64,000 nt of DNA from the NCBI RefSeq assembly GCF_009914755.1, contig NC_060929.1; one strand, given 5' to 3'. The DNA comes from the human T2T-CHM13v2.0 reference genome, Homo sapiens. Shown here piece after piece: positions 48,105 through 59,892 of this stretch. Under the pieces are notes generated by a model. The model did not search any database. It saw only the letters and a list, made by a program, of their open reading frames with translations, and had not been told where the DNA came from. The translations under genes and the position numbers were made by a program. The stretch's first letter is position 1, and the number at the start of each line of letters is the position of its first letter.

Positions 48105-48679
48105 CCATCTTTAAAATTTGAAAAAAACATTAGAATCCAATGAAAATATGGGTATTCATAAGGTAAAATAAATGAAGGTAAAATACAGATATTTAGACAA
48201 AAAAACCCTGAGAGAATACATTGCCAACAAATTAACACTAAGAGCAATACTTTATAGCGAACTTTTAAGGCAAAAACGCAGAAAATTATTCAGATGAATG
48301 TATAGCTATGCAAGAAGAAATAATGAGCACCAAAAAGCATTAAAAAAACCATAAAAATACATTTCGGCTACTTAACACAACAATAATGCACTGTAAGATA
48401 AAAATATTTGTAGAACTAAAATACATAGTAATATGATTTTTTTAAAAAAGATCAGGAGGTCAAATGAGATTAAAGTGTTATAATGTCCTAGTACTGTCCC
48501 AAAAATGGCAAAATTAGTGCTATGACACCAAAGGAATGAAGTAACCAAAACTGTCTCATCCAAAAGAAGACATGAAAGGCAGAAGAGAAAAGGAATATAG
48601 AACAGAGAAAACATGGGTTTATATTTAAACCTATTTAACTATAAATTGGCTGAATAATCCCATTAAAACACAAGGATTG

Positions 48680-49009
48680 GGCTGGGCGAGGTGACTCATG
48701 CATGTAATCCCAGCACTTTGGGAGGCTGAGGCAGGTGGATCACGAGGTCAGGAGATCGAGACCATCCTGGCTAACACAGTGTAACCCTATCTCTACTAAA
48801 AATACAAAAAATTAGACAGGCATGGTGGTGGGCACCTGCAGTCCTAGCTACTTGGGAGGCTGAGGCAGAAGAATGGCGTGAACCCGGGAGGCAGAGCTTG
48901 TAGTAAGCCCAGATTGCGCCACTGCACTCCAGCCTGGGAGACAGAGTAAGGCTCTGTCTCAAAAAAAACAAAAACAAAACAAAACAAAAAAAATAAATAA
49001 AAAATAAAA
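48680..49009 (+). mobile_element. Alu (AluY/Sc-like), full length
   Basis: Full dimer, A-rich tail, TSD acacaaggattg. Confidence 0.95.
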
Positions 49010-51029
49010 CACACAAGGATTGGCATAATAGAGAAAACAATATCCAACTATATGCTGCCTACAAGAGACATATCATAAATATATGTTTACAAAAAGGCTG
49101 AATGTAAAGAATTTAAATGATAAACCATATTAACTTCAACCAAGAAAACATGGCTATAGATAAAGTAGGCAAGAATTATTATCAGTGATAAAAAGGGATG
49201 GTTCATAATTAGAAAAGGAACAACTTAACAGGAATATATAGCAATTCTAAACTTGTACATACCTAGTAGCATAGTCTAAATATATGCAAAGCCAGAACTC
49301 AAAGAACTAAGAGGAGAATTTTTTTAACCCACAATAATGGTTGGAAAATTTAAAAAATCTCTGTCTTTAACTGATAGAACAAGTAGAGGAAAAAAGCATC
49401 AGTAAGGATATAGAAGAGTTGAACACTATAATTTTAAAACTTGACCTAATTGACAGACATCAAACACTGTACCAAATAGCACTTCATTTCAAGTGTCCAT
49501 TCGAGATTTATAAAAATTGGCCGTATGCTGAGCCATAAGCAAGTTTAAACACATCATGGCAACCTCATGGAAAAAATGTTGGACGTATCTTAGAACATAC
49601 ATAAAAATCATTTCCTGATGGATTGTAGAACTACATGTGAAAAGTAATGCAACTAAGTCTCTATAAGATATCAAGAGTATCTTCATGACTTTAAATACAT
49701 AGGTGAAAATTTCTTAAAGAGGATGTGAAAAGCAAACCAAAAGAATATCTCAGACTTTATTAAAATTAGGACTTCTGTTTATTAAAAGATAGGATCAAGA
49801 CAATGAAAAGGGAAGCCATTAAGGAAATATATTTGCAATCCATATATCTTACGAATGACTTATTGAGAATATATAAAATACTTTTGCAAATCAATAAGAA
49901 AAATACAAATAACCTAATTGAAGAATGAGTAAAACATTTGAATAGGCACTTCACAAGTTGAAACCACAGTGGGATACTGCTATAAACCACATATAATAGA
50001 TGACATTAAAAAACTGTTAATAGTAAATGTTTACAAGGATATGAAGGAACTATAATTTTTATACCCTCAGAGGAACCAGCACCAGCAAAACTTTCCTCAT
50101 TGGTCTGAGTCCCAGTATGGAGAGGCTCCTCCCCTGGAGACAGTAGTGATAAAGGTATTCCTTCCTGCAGGTACTGCTCTTAACTATTGCAGTGTTTCCT
50201 TTTCCACCTTCTTAATCCTTTAATATCTGTTTAACCAATTTCCTGTAATTAAATTATGTTAAAATAACTATTGTGACATCTATGTTCCTGACCCAACAAT
50301 TTAACTCCTAAGTAAATGTCCAACAGAAGTACATTCATGTGAGCACCAAAATGCATGTATAAGAAGGCTGAATGCAGCATGATATGTAATGCAAATGTCC
50401 ACCAATGGTGGAACAGATAAACTGTGGCATATCCATACAATGGAAAACTTCACTGCAGTGCAAAAGAAAAAACTCTGCAACATGTGATAATGTAGCTGAA
50501 TCTCATTGTCATAGCGCTGAGGGAAAGAAAGCAGAAACAAATAGTACAGTTTATAAGATTTTATTTTTATAAATCTCAGAAACAAGCAAAACCAATCTCT
50601 GATGATAGATGAGTAGTAACCTTTGCGAGGATAATGACCGGGGGACACAGAATGGTTTGTGGGATGCTGGAAATGTTCTATATTATCATCTTGGTGGTGG
50701 TCACATAGATATGTTCACTTACAAAATATTAACCAAGTGCTACACTCAGAATATGTGTCTTTACTATATATTTGATATGCTCCAGTAAAAATTTTTAAAA
50801 TAAGACAAATTACCCAGGAGTAATCAGAAGTTTGTTAAATAGAGGGAACAAACCCCACTTTTAATTTACAGATGAAGAAAGATGTACTGAGGGAAAGACT
50901 GCAACTTGCTGAATTTCACATGAGAAGTGGCCACATCAGGACTAGACTCAAACCTCTGAGGTCCTACCACTATACTCTACTTCCTCCAAGGAAATGCTCA
51001 ACACACATTCGTGAAAAATATGACAGGGA

Positions 51030-51220
51030 TTAAGAGTGGGGGCCAGCTGTGCCTCTGTCACCTTTGTTGAATTATTTAACATTTCCTTAGTCTCTGTTTG
51101 TTGATCTGTAAAGGCAGAAATAGCACATTCCACATAGAGTAGTTGTGATGATCAAATGAAATAATAATAAGCTTGTCCCATGCTTAGCATGGTGTCCAGC
51201 ACACAGGCAGTCCTCCAACA
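51030..51220 (+). mobile_element. MIR SINE
   Basis: 'attatttaacatttccttagtctctgtttgttgatctgtaaagg...gcttagcatggtgtccagcacacag'. Confidence 0.65.
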
Positions 51221-52188
51221 TGTGCCACCATCATCAACAACATTACCATTCATGAAAAGAGCTAAGAGAGGGAGACGATCAGATTATTTTTGGGAGGTAA
51301 ATGAGTTCAACGGCTTCCTCAATTATTGAGGCTAAATAAGAATCCATCTTTCCAGTGCTTAAAAAAGCAACCCCTCAAAAGCTGTAGCAGAAATGTAAGG
51401 AGTGAAATTCATTGACATAATGACACCAAGGCCCTGGATGCATTGTCTAAGGAAGAAATTATTTTCTGCAGAAGCTTCAAACCAGATGGTTATAAATGAG
51501 ACTTAGTGCATGGGCATTACTTAATGACTAAATTTCTTTAACTAAAAATCTAATTTTATTATAGTATAAATCACACTTTCTTGAAGCAGGGAATTAATTT
51601 TAGATTTTTCATTCACTGCTCATAACCTTTCTACGAGTTTGACAGCCAAATCATTTAAAATGTCATTTAACCAATACAATACAACAGCTTTATTCCTCAT
51701 TGTGCCCTTCCTGAATCCGTTATCTCTCACTATAATGTAGAAGAACTTAAATAAAAAATTACCATTCTATAAAGCTGTATTTTACTATGCAGTTAAACTA
51801 CACAATCCTTATTTTTGAATCAATATAATATGAGTGCTGAGCAATATTTTTCATAATCCAAAAGCCGATTACAGATTCTCAGCTACCAAAAAACAGTTTG
51901 AAGGCTGCTGAAAGAGTATAAATGAGCACTCTCAAATTCTACCCCTAGGTCCATCCCATGTCCATCTTGGGCACAGGGGGTGAGGCTCTGGAAAAGGATG
52001 GTGAGGCCCTGCCCCAGATCATAGTCACGCCTCTCCATCTGTGCTCTCAGAGGTCTTTGGTTAGGGAGTAAGCCTCAGTCTGTCACCCAGAATATTATGG
52101 GATTCACTGGGAAAATATTGGCTATGTGGGTTACGAAAGTGGGGGATCAAAAGCAACCACACTGAGAAGAGAATGCAACGAAAAAGTA

Positions 52189-52278
52189 AATGGAGTGGAG
52201 CTCCATGTGACCAGATCTTCGTAGACAAAGCAGAATGGAGTGGAGCTCAACGTGGCCAGATCTTCATAGACAAAGCAG
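52189..52278 (+). repeat. 45-bp tandem duplication
   Basis: Two units, 41/45 identical. Confidence 0.95.
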
Positions 52279-53403
52279 AAAGGAGTCCGCTGTACAAGGG
52301 GCCCGGCCTGAGGAGGTCCCTGTGCCAGTGTCCTGAAGATGGGCCCCTGACTGGCAGCACCTCCATCCAGCAGCAGAGGGGCTGAGGAAGCTCCTGGCTT
52401 CAGAGTTCCTCAGGCCTCAACTTCCTGAAGACACACAAAAGGAAGCCCACGTGTCCAATTTATGAACCAATTAGTACAGATGAGATGGAAGCTTTGCCAT
52501 GGGATTCATCGCTACTGAAATTCTGACATCTAAGTTCTAAGTTTTTCATATCTGAGATGTTCTTAAAATGAATGCTTCTTTAACAATCTTTCTTACAATT
52601 TTTCATTTATTCACTTGAATTTTAAAAACTTGACTCTAAGCAGGTTCATTTTTGCTAGCAAGACACTATTCTGCAATTAAAATCTTCACTTGGACTGACA
52701 AAATACAGCTAAATAAAGTGGCGCCTTATGTAGCATGTATTCCACTGCTGGCTCCCACTTACTGTGCACACAGTAAGAGTTTTGCACACTTTATCTCATT
52801 TATATGGCTGAGTTAAAGGCAGAAGGAAAACTATTGAGTTGTTGGATTTCTCAGCACACCATGTCTGGGTCTTCAAAGCCAGAGAAGGTGAGAGAATTAA
52901 CCCTAAACCCGGGGCTAGTTTGAAAGCCAAGCTGAATAATCCAGCAAAGAACAGGATATTCTGGGGGAGGGTCTAAACACCCCCTGCTTCCTCCAGTTAT
53001 GCAGAGCTTGCTGCAAGTGCTCATGAAAAACACCGAAGGGGTGCTGGCTCTTGAGAAATGCCACTTAATCGAGGGGTCAGTGTTCCCCTCCTGCACCACA
53101 GAGAACAGTGTCAGATGGCTCTGGGGTTAGAGAGAGGTGTGTGTAGCCCTGGTAGATGGGGTTACTGCCTTAAAGAACAGTCAAAGGTGGGGGAGGCACA
53201 GCTGCCAACACTAAACCTTTAGGGGCTTAGATAGCTGAGGGAGTTTGATAAAGGCCAGGGGTCCCTGCACCTTTCAGCTAGCCCTGCCTAGGAGTTGCCC
53301 AATCAGCAGAGGCTGAGCTTGCCTTTCTCATCTTCCCAGAAGACCAGATGTGAAGGGGAGAGGGCTGGGCATGGCCATATAGGCAAAGAATGTGCAAGTC
53401 TCC

Positions 53404-53643
53404 TTTGAGCCCACGAGTTCGAGACCAGCCTGGGCAACATAGTAAAACCCCCCTCTCTACAAAAAAATATGAAAATTAGCTGGGCATGGTGGTGCCTACC
53501 TGTAGTCCCAGATACTTGTGAGGCTGAGGTGGGAGGATCACCTGAGCCCAGGGAGGTAGAGGCTGCAATGGAGCGCCACTGCACTCCAACCTGGGTGATA
53601 GCGTAAGACTCTGTCTCAAAACAAACAAACAAACAAACAAAAC
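53404..53643 (+). mobile_element. 5'-truncated Alu (AluJ-like)
   Basis: Begins mid left arm; (AAAC)n tail; TSD gtgcaagtctcc at 53392 and 53645. Confidence 0.92.
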
Positions 53644-56079
53644 AGTGCAAGTCTCCAGCACTTTGGGGCTGAAACAGAGATAGCACAGCAAGCAAGCTCG
53701 ATGTCCCCTCTATTGCCTATCTTACAATAAATGACAATAAATGGATCAATGTAAGGAAACCAGTATTACATGAGGCTGGGAAGTCTAAAATAACTAAGCC
53801 AGAGAGTTTAAAGGGAGGTTTATCAAGACAAAAGGAAGAGATCATGTCACATGACTTTTTAAAAATACCAAGGAAATGTCTTTACTATTAAGGTACTCTT
53901 TTACTTTACTAATTTAAAAAAGAATCAACATGATAAACCCATCAATAGCTTCTTGTGGGCAGACCTGGGAATACCAACTTTATTATGCCCATGAGGGCAA
54001 AGCCTCCAGTAGATCTGAATCACCTGATTGTTTCAGTAGCTGCTCCACCAGCTGCAGGCCTGAGGAAGCCACCCGGATACTTCCCACTCCAGTTTGCCCA
54101 TCTGTAAAACGGGCAGACCCGACAGCCCAGCCAGGACAATTGAGGCGATATCTCAGAAACATGGGCAGAGTCCCACAGAGAGTTCTGTCCAGGGCTTTCT
54201 GACAGGAAGCAAAGGGTGGTCAGTGAAGGAGAAAGCTGTGATACTCTAAAAAGAAATGGAATTAATGGTGATTACCAGACACTAGACAGAAAAGAAAGCA
54301 AAAGGATAGGTGCCCATCTTCAGAAATTAAGATGATTTGGAAATATCATATGAGGATTTAGTGATTTTAAATTCTAGATATCATTTAAAGCTTTATGCTA
54401 AAGGTTATTCATTTACAATTTAAAAAGAAAAGTTAGCCCTGAATTTAAGACAGTCTTTGGTAGCAAATCCACCAATATGAGTAAACATTCAGTTACATTT
54501 GATGAAATAAATGTCAATAACTGATTGATCACTGCTCCTTGTTAAACATAATCGCCTGCACACAGCCAGATTAAGGGACCAAGAAGGCAAGAGGGGAATT
54601 TTCCAGTTGTATCTCTCAGACAACCCAACAAATTAAAAACTAATTAACTTTTTGATTTGGAAAGTAATCCACATCTCTCAGAATGAGCAATCACCACGTC
54701 CAAGACCATCACAACAGTTAGCAGCATGGGGCTCTAACTCAGCACCCTGAGGAACAACCTCATTAACATGTCATTGCTATTTCCACTGACACTAGCAGGG
54801 CTCAGCCTAACACAGGCATTATCTGCAGAGCTGCTTAACCCCAAAAGCAATGGTCATACTGGACTTTAACTACAAGAGGGGTGTCCATCTCCCCCAGGGT
54901 CCACGTCTCCTTCATGTCTTACTGCAGCACAGCGCCTGGCGTAGCGTAGGCCCTAAACACATTCTATTGCTAGAATGAAATCAGATTATCCCAAGATCTC
55001 CTGGTAAGAATATGGAGGTGAGTGCAGTTTCCCAGCTGGCTCACGGAACATACTGACTGTCACTGAAGCCTGACGTGCTCTATTTTTCCTTTTGTAGGTA
55101 AAGTTTCTACAGAAACACAGGGACAGCCTGTGATGCGTTCCTCATTCTGAGACGCTTCATGTCTACCAGCTGTCGATCGAACAAGCTTCTTTCCTGCACT
55201 GACTTCATTCCAGCAGTCCATGATCCATAAGAAAATCATGACAGTCTTGTAGGTGTCTGGGGGAGGAGAGAGGACAGCAAGGACAAGTGGCTCTTGAGAG
55301 GAAAGGGGGCAGGAGTTCATGTTTAAATTATTTATTACACCCTCCAGGAACCATCCAATAAATGATACAACTTAACATCCACCTGTTTAACATGATATTC
55401 CAATCTGCTACTTTTCTTTCTGCCAACTGCAAGCCCAAGATGAGGTTTAGAATAACCTGTGCCTAGAAAATTAAAAGACAAAAAAGGAAGAAAGTGTGCC
55501 CTCCAGTACAGTCCTCATGTCTGAGTCTATTTTTCATTCTTTGTTTTGCACAGAATTAGGGAGTCACAGATACAGACGGTCTGACATAAAGATGCAAAAT
55601 GTGCCAGAGTCATGGTGGGGCCAGCGGTGATTGATCAGGCTGGAGCCTCTGAGAAGGTGAGCAAGCTGGGAAAGGGCCGGCTGGGGGCAGGACTGGGTGC
55701 AAGTGGCGTCTGATTGGGATAAGCTGAAAACACCCAAAGTGGCCAGTGCTTAAGGTCAGGCACACCCTCTTCTCCAAAGGGACACTTGAAGATCCCTTAA
55801 TCCAAGACTTCCAACCAGAAACTGTCATCTGACACAGCAATAGGTCCCCTCCCCTTGGATCTTCCTGCTAGCTAGTGTTCCCTCTGTCCTCCTGAGCATC
55901 TCCTCTGGCCCCTCTTCACTTCCACTCCCATCCCTCACAGCCTCTGTGGCTCAGCTTTGTGGATGCCTTCCCATCAGGTCCTAGCTTGCAATTCCCACCT
56001 CCTTGACCCTCCCCAAGACCCTCAGCCCCATCACCCAGGTCTCTCAGCAGAGCTCTTGACGGGCCTCCTGAGCAATTCA

Positions 56080-56330
56080 TTTCATCATCCCTTCGTTTGT
56101 TCATGTGTTCACTCATTCAGTAGATATTTATTGTCCTGGAGATGTAGCAGTGCCAAGGCAGCCCCAGCCCCAGTCCTTATGAAGCTTAGGATCTCACTGG
56201 AAGAAACGGGCAACAAACAAACACACAAACAAAGGAAATGTAGAGAATATCTCATGCTAAGAAGTGCCACGGTGCAAAATGAAACAAGGAAGGGGGATAG
56301 ACTGCCACAGGGGAAAGGATTTGCTGTGTG
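56080..56330 (-). mobile_element. L2 fragment
   Basis: 'ttcactcattcagtagatatttattg...gtccttatgaagcttaggatct'. Confidence 0.55.
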
Positions 56331-57399
56331 ACATCAGGCGGTCAGGCCGTGCCCCTCCTGGGGGCTGGCACTGGAGTAGGTCTCTACTTCAATACCCAAT
56401 CTGAGCACGTTTGTCTGCTCAGGACTGTTCAATCCCTCCTGCCCACCAGGGGAGCCTCTCTCTTCACTGTCATCTCCCTACTTTGTAGCTGTGGCACCAG
56501 CAGTAAGAACTAGCAGGGGAAGCAGCGGAGGTCCTAGGGATGGCAGTAGCATCCCAGTAGCAGCTTCCATTTACTAAGCAATTACCCACGCCAGGCTCCA
56601 TGCTAAGCCCTCTCCACACCCGCCTCCTTCAATCTGCACAGCCCCCAGAGGAACTTCCGACTCCTACCCACACTCATGAACCTCCACCATGTGTGCCTCA
56701 CTCAGGGTCTGGTGATTTTGGATTGCTGTCTGAATAAATCATTGGTTTGGGCTCCCACAGGCTTTTTGTACAGGGAGGTAAATCCCCATACACACTTTGA
56801 TTAGAAGGCACTTTCATTGTACCACTATAACACTTATATTAAAAATGGAACTTAAAGTAGTTTAAATTAAATGAGTTATATTTAATTAAAAAGGCTTTAA
56901 GGCACAATAAGACCGTTTTTCAATTTTCTTTTACAACTGAGTCAAAAGGAAGAAAGGCCCCCAGTGGTCAGCAGAGCTAGATTGGTGTTTACTTAGGACC
57001 TGGCCCATCTGAGAATCCCAAGGAAAATCCAGTTTTATTCCCTGTCCTCTTTCTGTTCCTCACGTAGGATGCACCATGAACTTCAGTTTCCTCGTCTGAA
57101 GAGGAGATTGAAAGGTGCTACCTATAAGATTGTCGTGAGAAAGGAATGAGGGAGCATGCAGACGGCATGCAATGTCACTCCTCAAGTAGAGAAATACCTG
57201 CCCCACACGTGCCACATCAGGAATCACGCCAGCCTTAGCCACCCACACCTCCCAGGAGGGGCCTTGTGCCTGGGCAAAGGCACAGGGAAGCTTTGTCCCC
57301 TGCAGCCTGAATCAGTTATTTCCCTTGAGGAGTAGGTGCTGAGAAAGACAATGAGGACAGAAGTGGGCATTTTGCCCACACTTCTCTCATAGACTAACC

Positions 57400-57553
57400 C
57401 AGCAGTTCTCAAATGGGGACATTTAAATAATCCAGAGTATAGGCCATACCCTAAACCAATTAAATCACAATCTCTGGGGGTGGGACACAGGCATCAGCAT
57501 TTTTTGAAGCCACCCCAGTGGTTCTAATGTATGGACAAGTTTGGGAACCACTG
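57400..57553. mobile_element. MER5A-like hAT-Charlie element
   Basis: Inverted termini cagcagttctcaaa / tttgggaaccactg; core 'ccaattaaatcacaatctctgggggtgggacacaggcatcag'. Confidence 0.8.
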
Positions 57554-59007
57554 GGTTAATCATGCATCTTAACACCTTACAAACTCTTGCCCCAGTGGGC
57601 CTGGCCAGTGCTCTGCACCATGGTGCCCAGCTGCCTCAGACAAACCTCTGCAGGTGCCAGTGGGCTGGCAGGGTTCTCCAGTGAGGGTGCCCTGTTACTC
57701 CCACATATGGGGAAGGGTGTCCCTTCGTAACAGAGGGTATCAGCTGGGTGTCACAGGCACAGAAACTAATGTAAACAGTGGTGCCAGTTTCTCTTCCCAG
57801 CAAGTCAGTGGAGCCAGAGGATGGCTTGGGCAGGCCCACACTCGCCTTCCATGAGGACCGATGCCAGCTCAGTATCCAGAACTCACTGGATGCAGGTGGG
57901 AAGAGTAGGCTCAAGCAGCCAGGACTGAGAAGCCTCCTGGTGACATGGAGAATGGGGCCACTGGGCTTGCAGTGCACGAGACACAAAGGGGCTCACCTGC
58001 ACCCCAGACCCCCGGCACTGGGTCACCATATACATGGCATTAACCTCCAGGAGCTTCAGTTTCCTCATCTGCAAAATGAGGTAGGGTAGTGTCTATGAGA
58101 CTGCAGTGAGAGCTGAGAGAGGAGGGCAAAGAGCACTCAGTATCTGGTAGCTGCTGTCCACTTGCCAATTTCCACCCACAAACAGCATCCTGGTTGTGCC
58201 CCCAGCAATCAGCATAGCACCCAGCCTGAAAGAAGTGCTCATCATTGTTTCTGAGACTCTGGAGTGGGGAGGGGTCCACTAGTTCTACTGTGGTCAGTAG
58301 GCAACAGCTGGGAGACACAGGTTGGGGGAAAGGCATCTGTTGGTACAGTGTCAACCCATGGGCCATGGCCAACCCCTGTCAACACTGCTCCCTCACACCT
58401 CTTCTTCCTTCCATGCTAGGCTCTTACCCATGACTTTCTCTCAGCCTTTGGGGCTGCCCATTGGCTCATTTGTTCCAACCCACTTGAATGCCAGGATGCC
58501 TTCCACTTGGTCTTCTGCAGGTATAGATACCTCATCTGTCCTGGGCCCTGTATGTCCCTGGGCTATCCCTGTCCTGCCCTTTGAGATGCCCTCCTCTCCT
58601 CACTCATGGGCAGCTCTGACCACTCACTAGCCATGGCCATCCCATAGCGCAGGGGTGCTCATCCACCTAGATGAAAGGGGCATACTCTGAAGGAGCCACC
58701 ACAGCTCAACCAATCTTTAGTACTCAGTGTGCCTGGGGGTGCCTGACACTTCCACCTCTAAGGAGGAGGCTGTCCCTCCATGGCAGCACCTCCAGCAGAA
58801 GTACATGAGCTTGCCTCTGGCCTCATCTCAGCAGCAGCCCTGCTGCTGTCTCCAGCGGCCAGTGGAAGAGTCAGCAAACACCAGCACATTCCCACTGGGT
58901 TTCCTGACCCTCCAAAAGCCCTTCACAGTAACCACAGTTGGTATCACAGTAACCAACTTGGCTGCCAATGCTGGGAATCTTACCTCCTCCTTAAGATCAA
59001 GGCCCCA

Positions 59008-59892
59008 GGAGGAGCCAAGATGGCCGAATAGGAACAGCTCCGGTCTACAGCTCCCAGCGTGAGCGACGCAGAAGACGGGTGATTTCTGCATTTCCATCTG
59101 AGGTACCGGGTTCATCTCACTAGGGAGTGCCAGACAGTGGGCGCAGGCCAGTGTGTGCGCACCGTGCGCGAGCCGAAGCAGGGCGAGGCATTGCCTCACC
59201 TGGGAAGCGCAAGGGGCCAGGGAGTTCCCTTTCCGAGTCAAAGAAAGGGGTGACGGACGCACCTGGAAAATCGGGTCACTCCCACCCGAATATTGCGCTT
59301 TTCAGACCGGCTTAAGAAACGGCGCACCACGAGACTATATCCCACACCTGGCTCAGAGGGTCCTACGCCCACGGAATCTCGCTGATTGCTAGCACAGCAG
59401 TCTGAGATCAAACTGCAAGGCGGCAACGAGGCTGGGGGAGGGGCGCCCGCCATTGCCCAGGCTTGCTTAGGTAAACAAAGCAGCCGGGAAGCTCGAACTG
59501 GGTGGAGCCCACCACAGCTCAAGGAGGCCTGCCTGCCTCTGTAGGCTCCACCTCTGGGGGCAGGGCACAGACAAACAAAAAGACAGCAGTAACCTCTGCA
59601 GACTTAAGTGTCCCTGTCTGACAGCTTTGAAGAGAGCAGTGGTTCTCCCAGCACGCAGCTGGAGATCTGAGAACGGGCAGACTGCCTCCTCAAGTGGGTC
59701 CCTGACCCCTGACCCCCGAGCAGCCTAACTGGGAGGCACACTGACACCTCACACGGCAGGGTATTCCAACAGACCTGCAGCTGAGGGTCCTGTCTGTTAG
59801 AAGGAAAACTAACAACCAGAAAGGACATCTACACCGAAAACCCATCTGTACATCACCATCATCAAAGACCAAAAGTAGATAAAACCACAAAG
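59008..59892 (+). promoter_or_regulatory. L1 5'UTR: CpG-rich internal sense promoter plus antisense promoter; YY1 site at 59017-59025
   Basis: AAGATGGCC is intact and CpGs are dense; promoter function is established for L1HS 5'UTRs. Confidence 0.9.
59238..59453 (-). CDS. ORF0: L1 ORF0 (71 aa, antisense)
   Basis: ATG at 59453; MAGAPPPASLPPCSLISDCC...RCVRHPFL is the known primate L1 ORF0. Confidence 0.85.
   Translation of the reverse strand: MAGAPPPASLPPCSLISDCCASNQRDSVGVGPSEPGVGYSLVVRRFLSRSEKRNIRVGVTRFSRCVRHPFL

Larger units (their letters stand above)
46330..50800 (+). mobile_element. Old L1M element(s): 5'/ORF1/ORF2/3' remnants, with nested younger insertions
   Basis: A-rich sense L1 motifs 'ggatttaacaacagattaaacacaactgaagaaagga', 'atatgctgcctacaagagaca', 'atgtccaccaatggtggaacagataaactgtggcatatccatacaatgga'. 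Confidence 0.7.

Noticed and set aside
50070-50290. LTR33-like fragment within old L1
   Set aside because: Only a weak 3'-end resemblance; family not supportable.
52189-52278. Short repeats considered as CRISPR-like arrays
   Set aside because: Only two units, no unique spacers, eukaryotic context, no cas genes.
56440-56457. Second CTCF-like word CCACCAGGGGAGC
   Set aside because: Lacks the conserved GGC at the 3' end of the core.
58727-59262. ORFs crossing the flank/L1 junction (111, 83 and 144 aa)
   Set aside because: Incidental read-through frames created by the insertion; no coding evidence.
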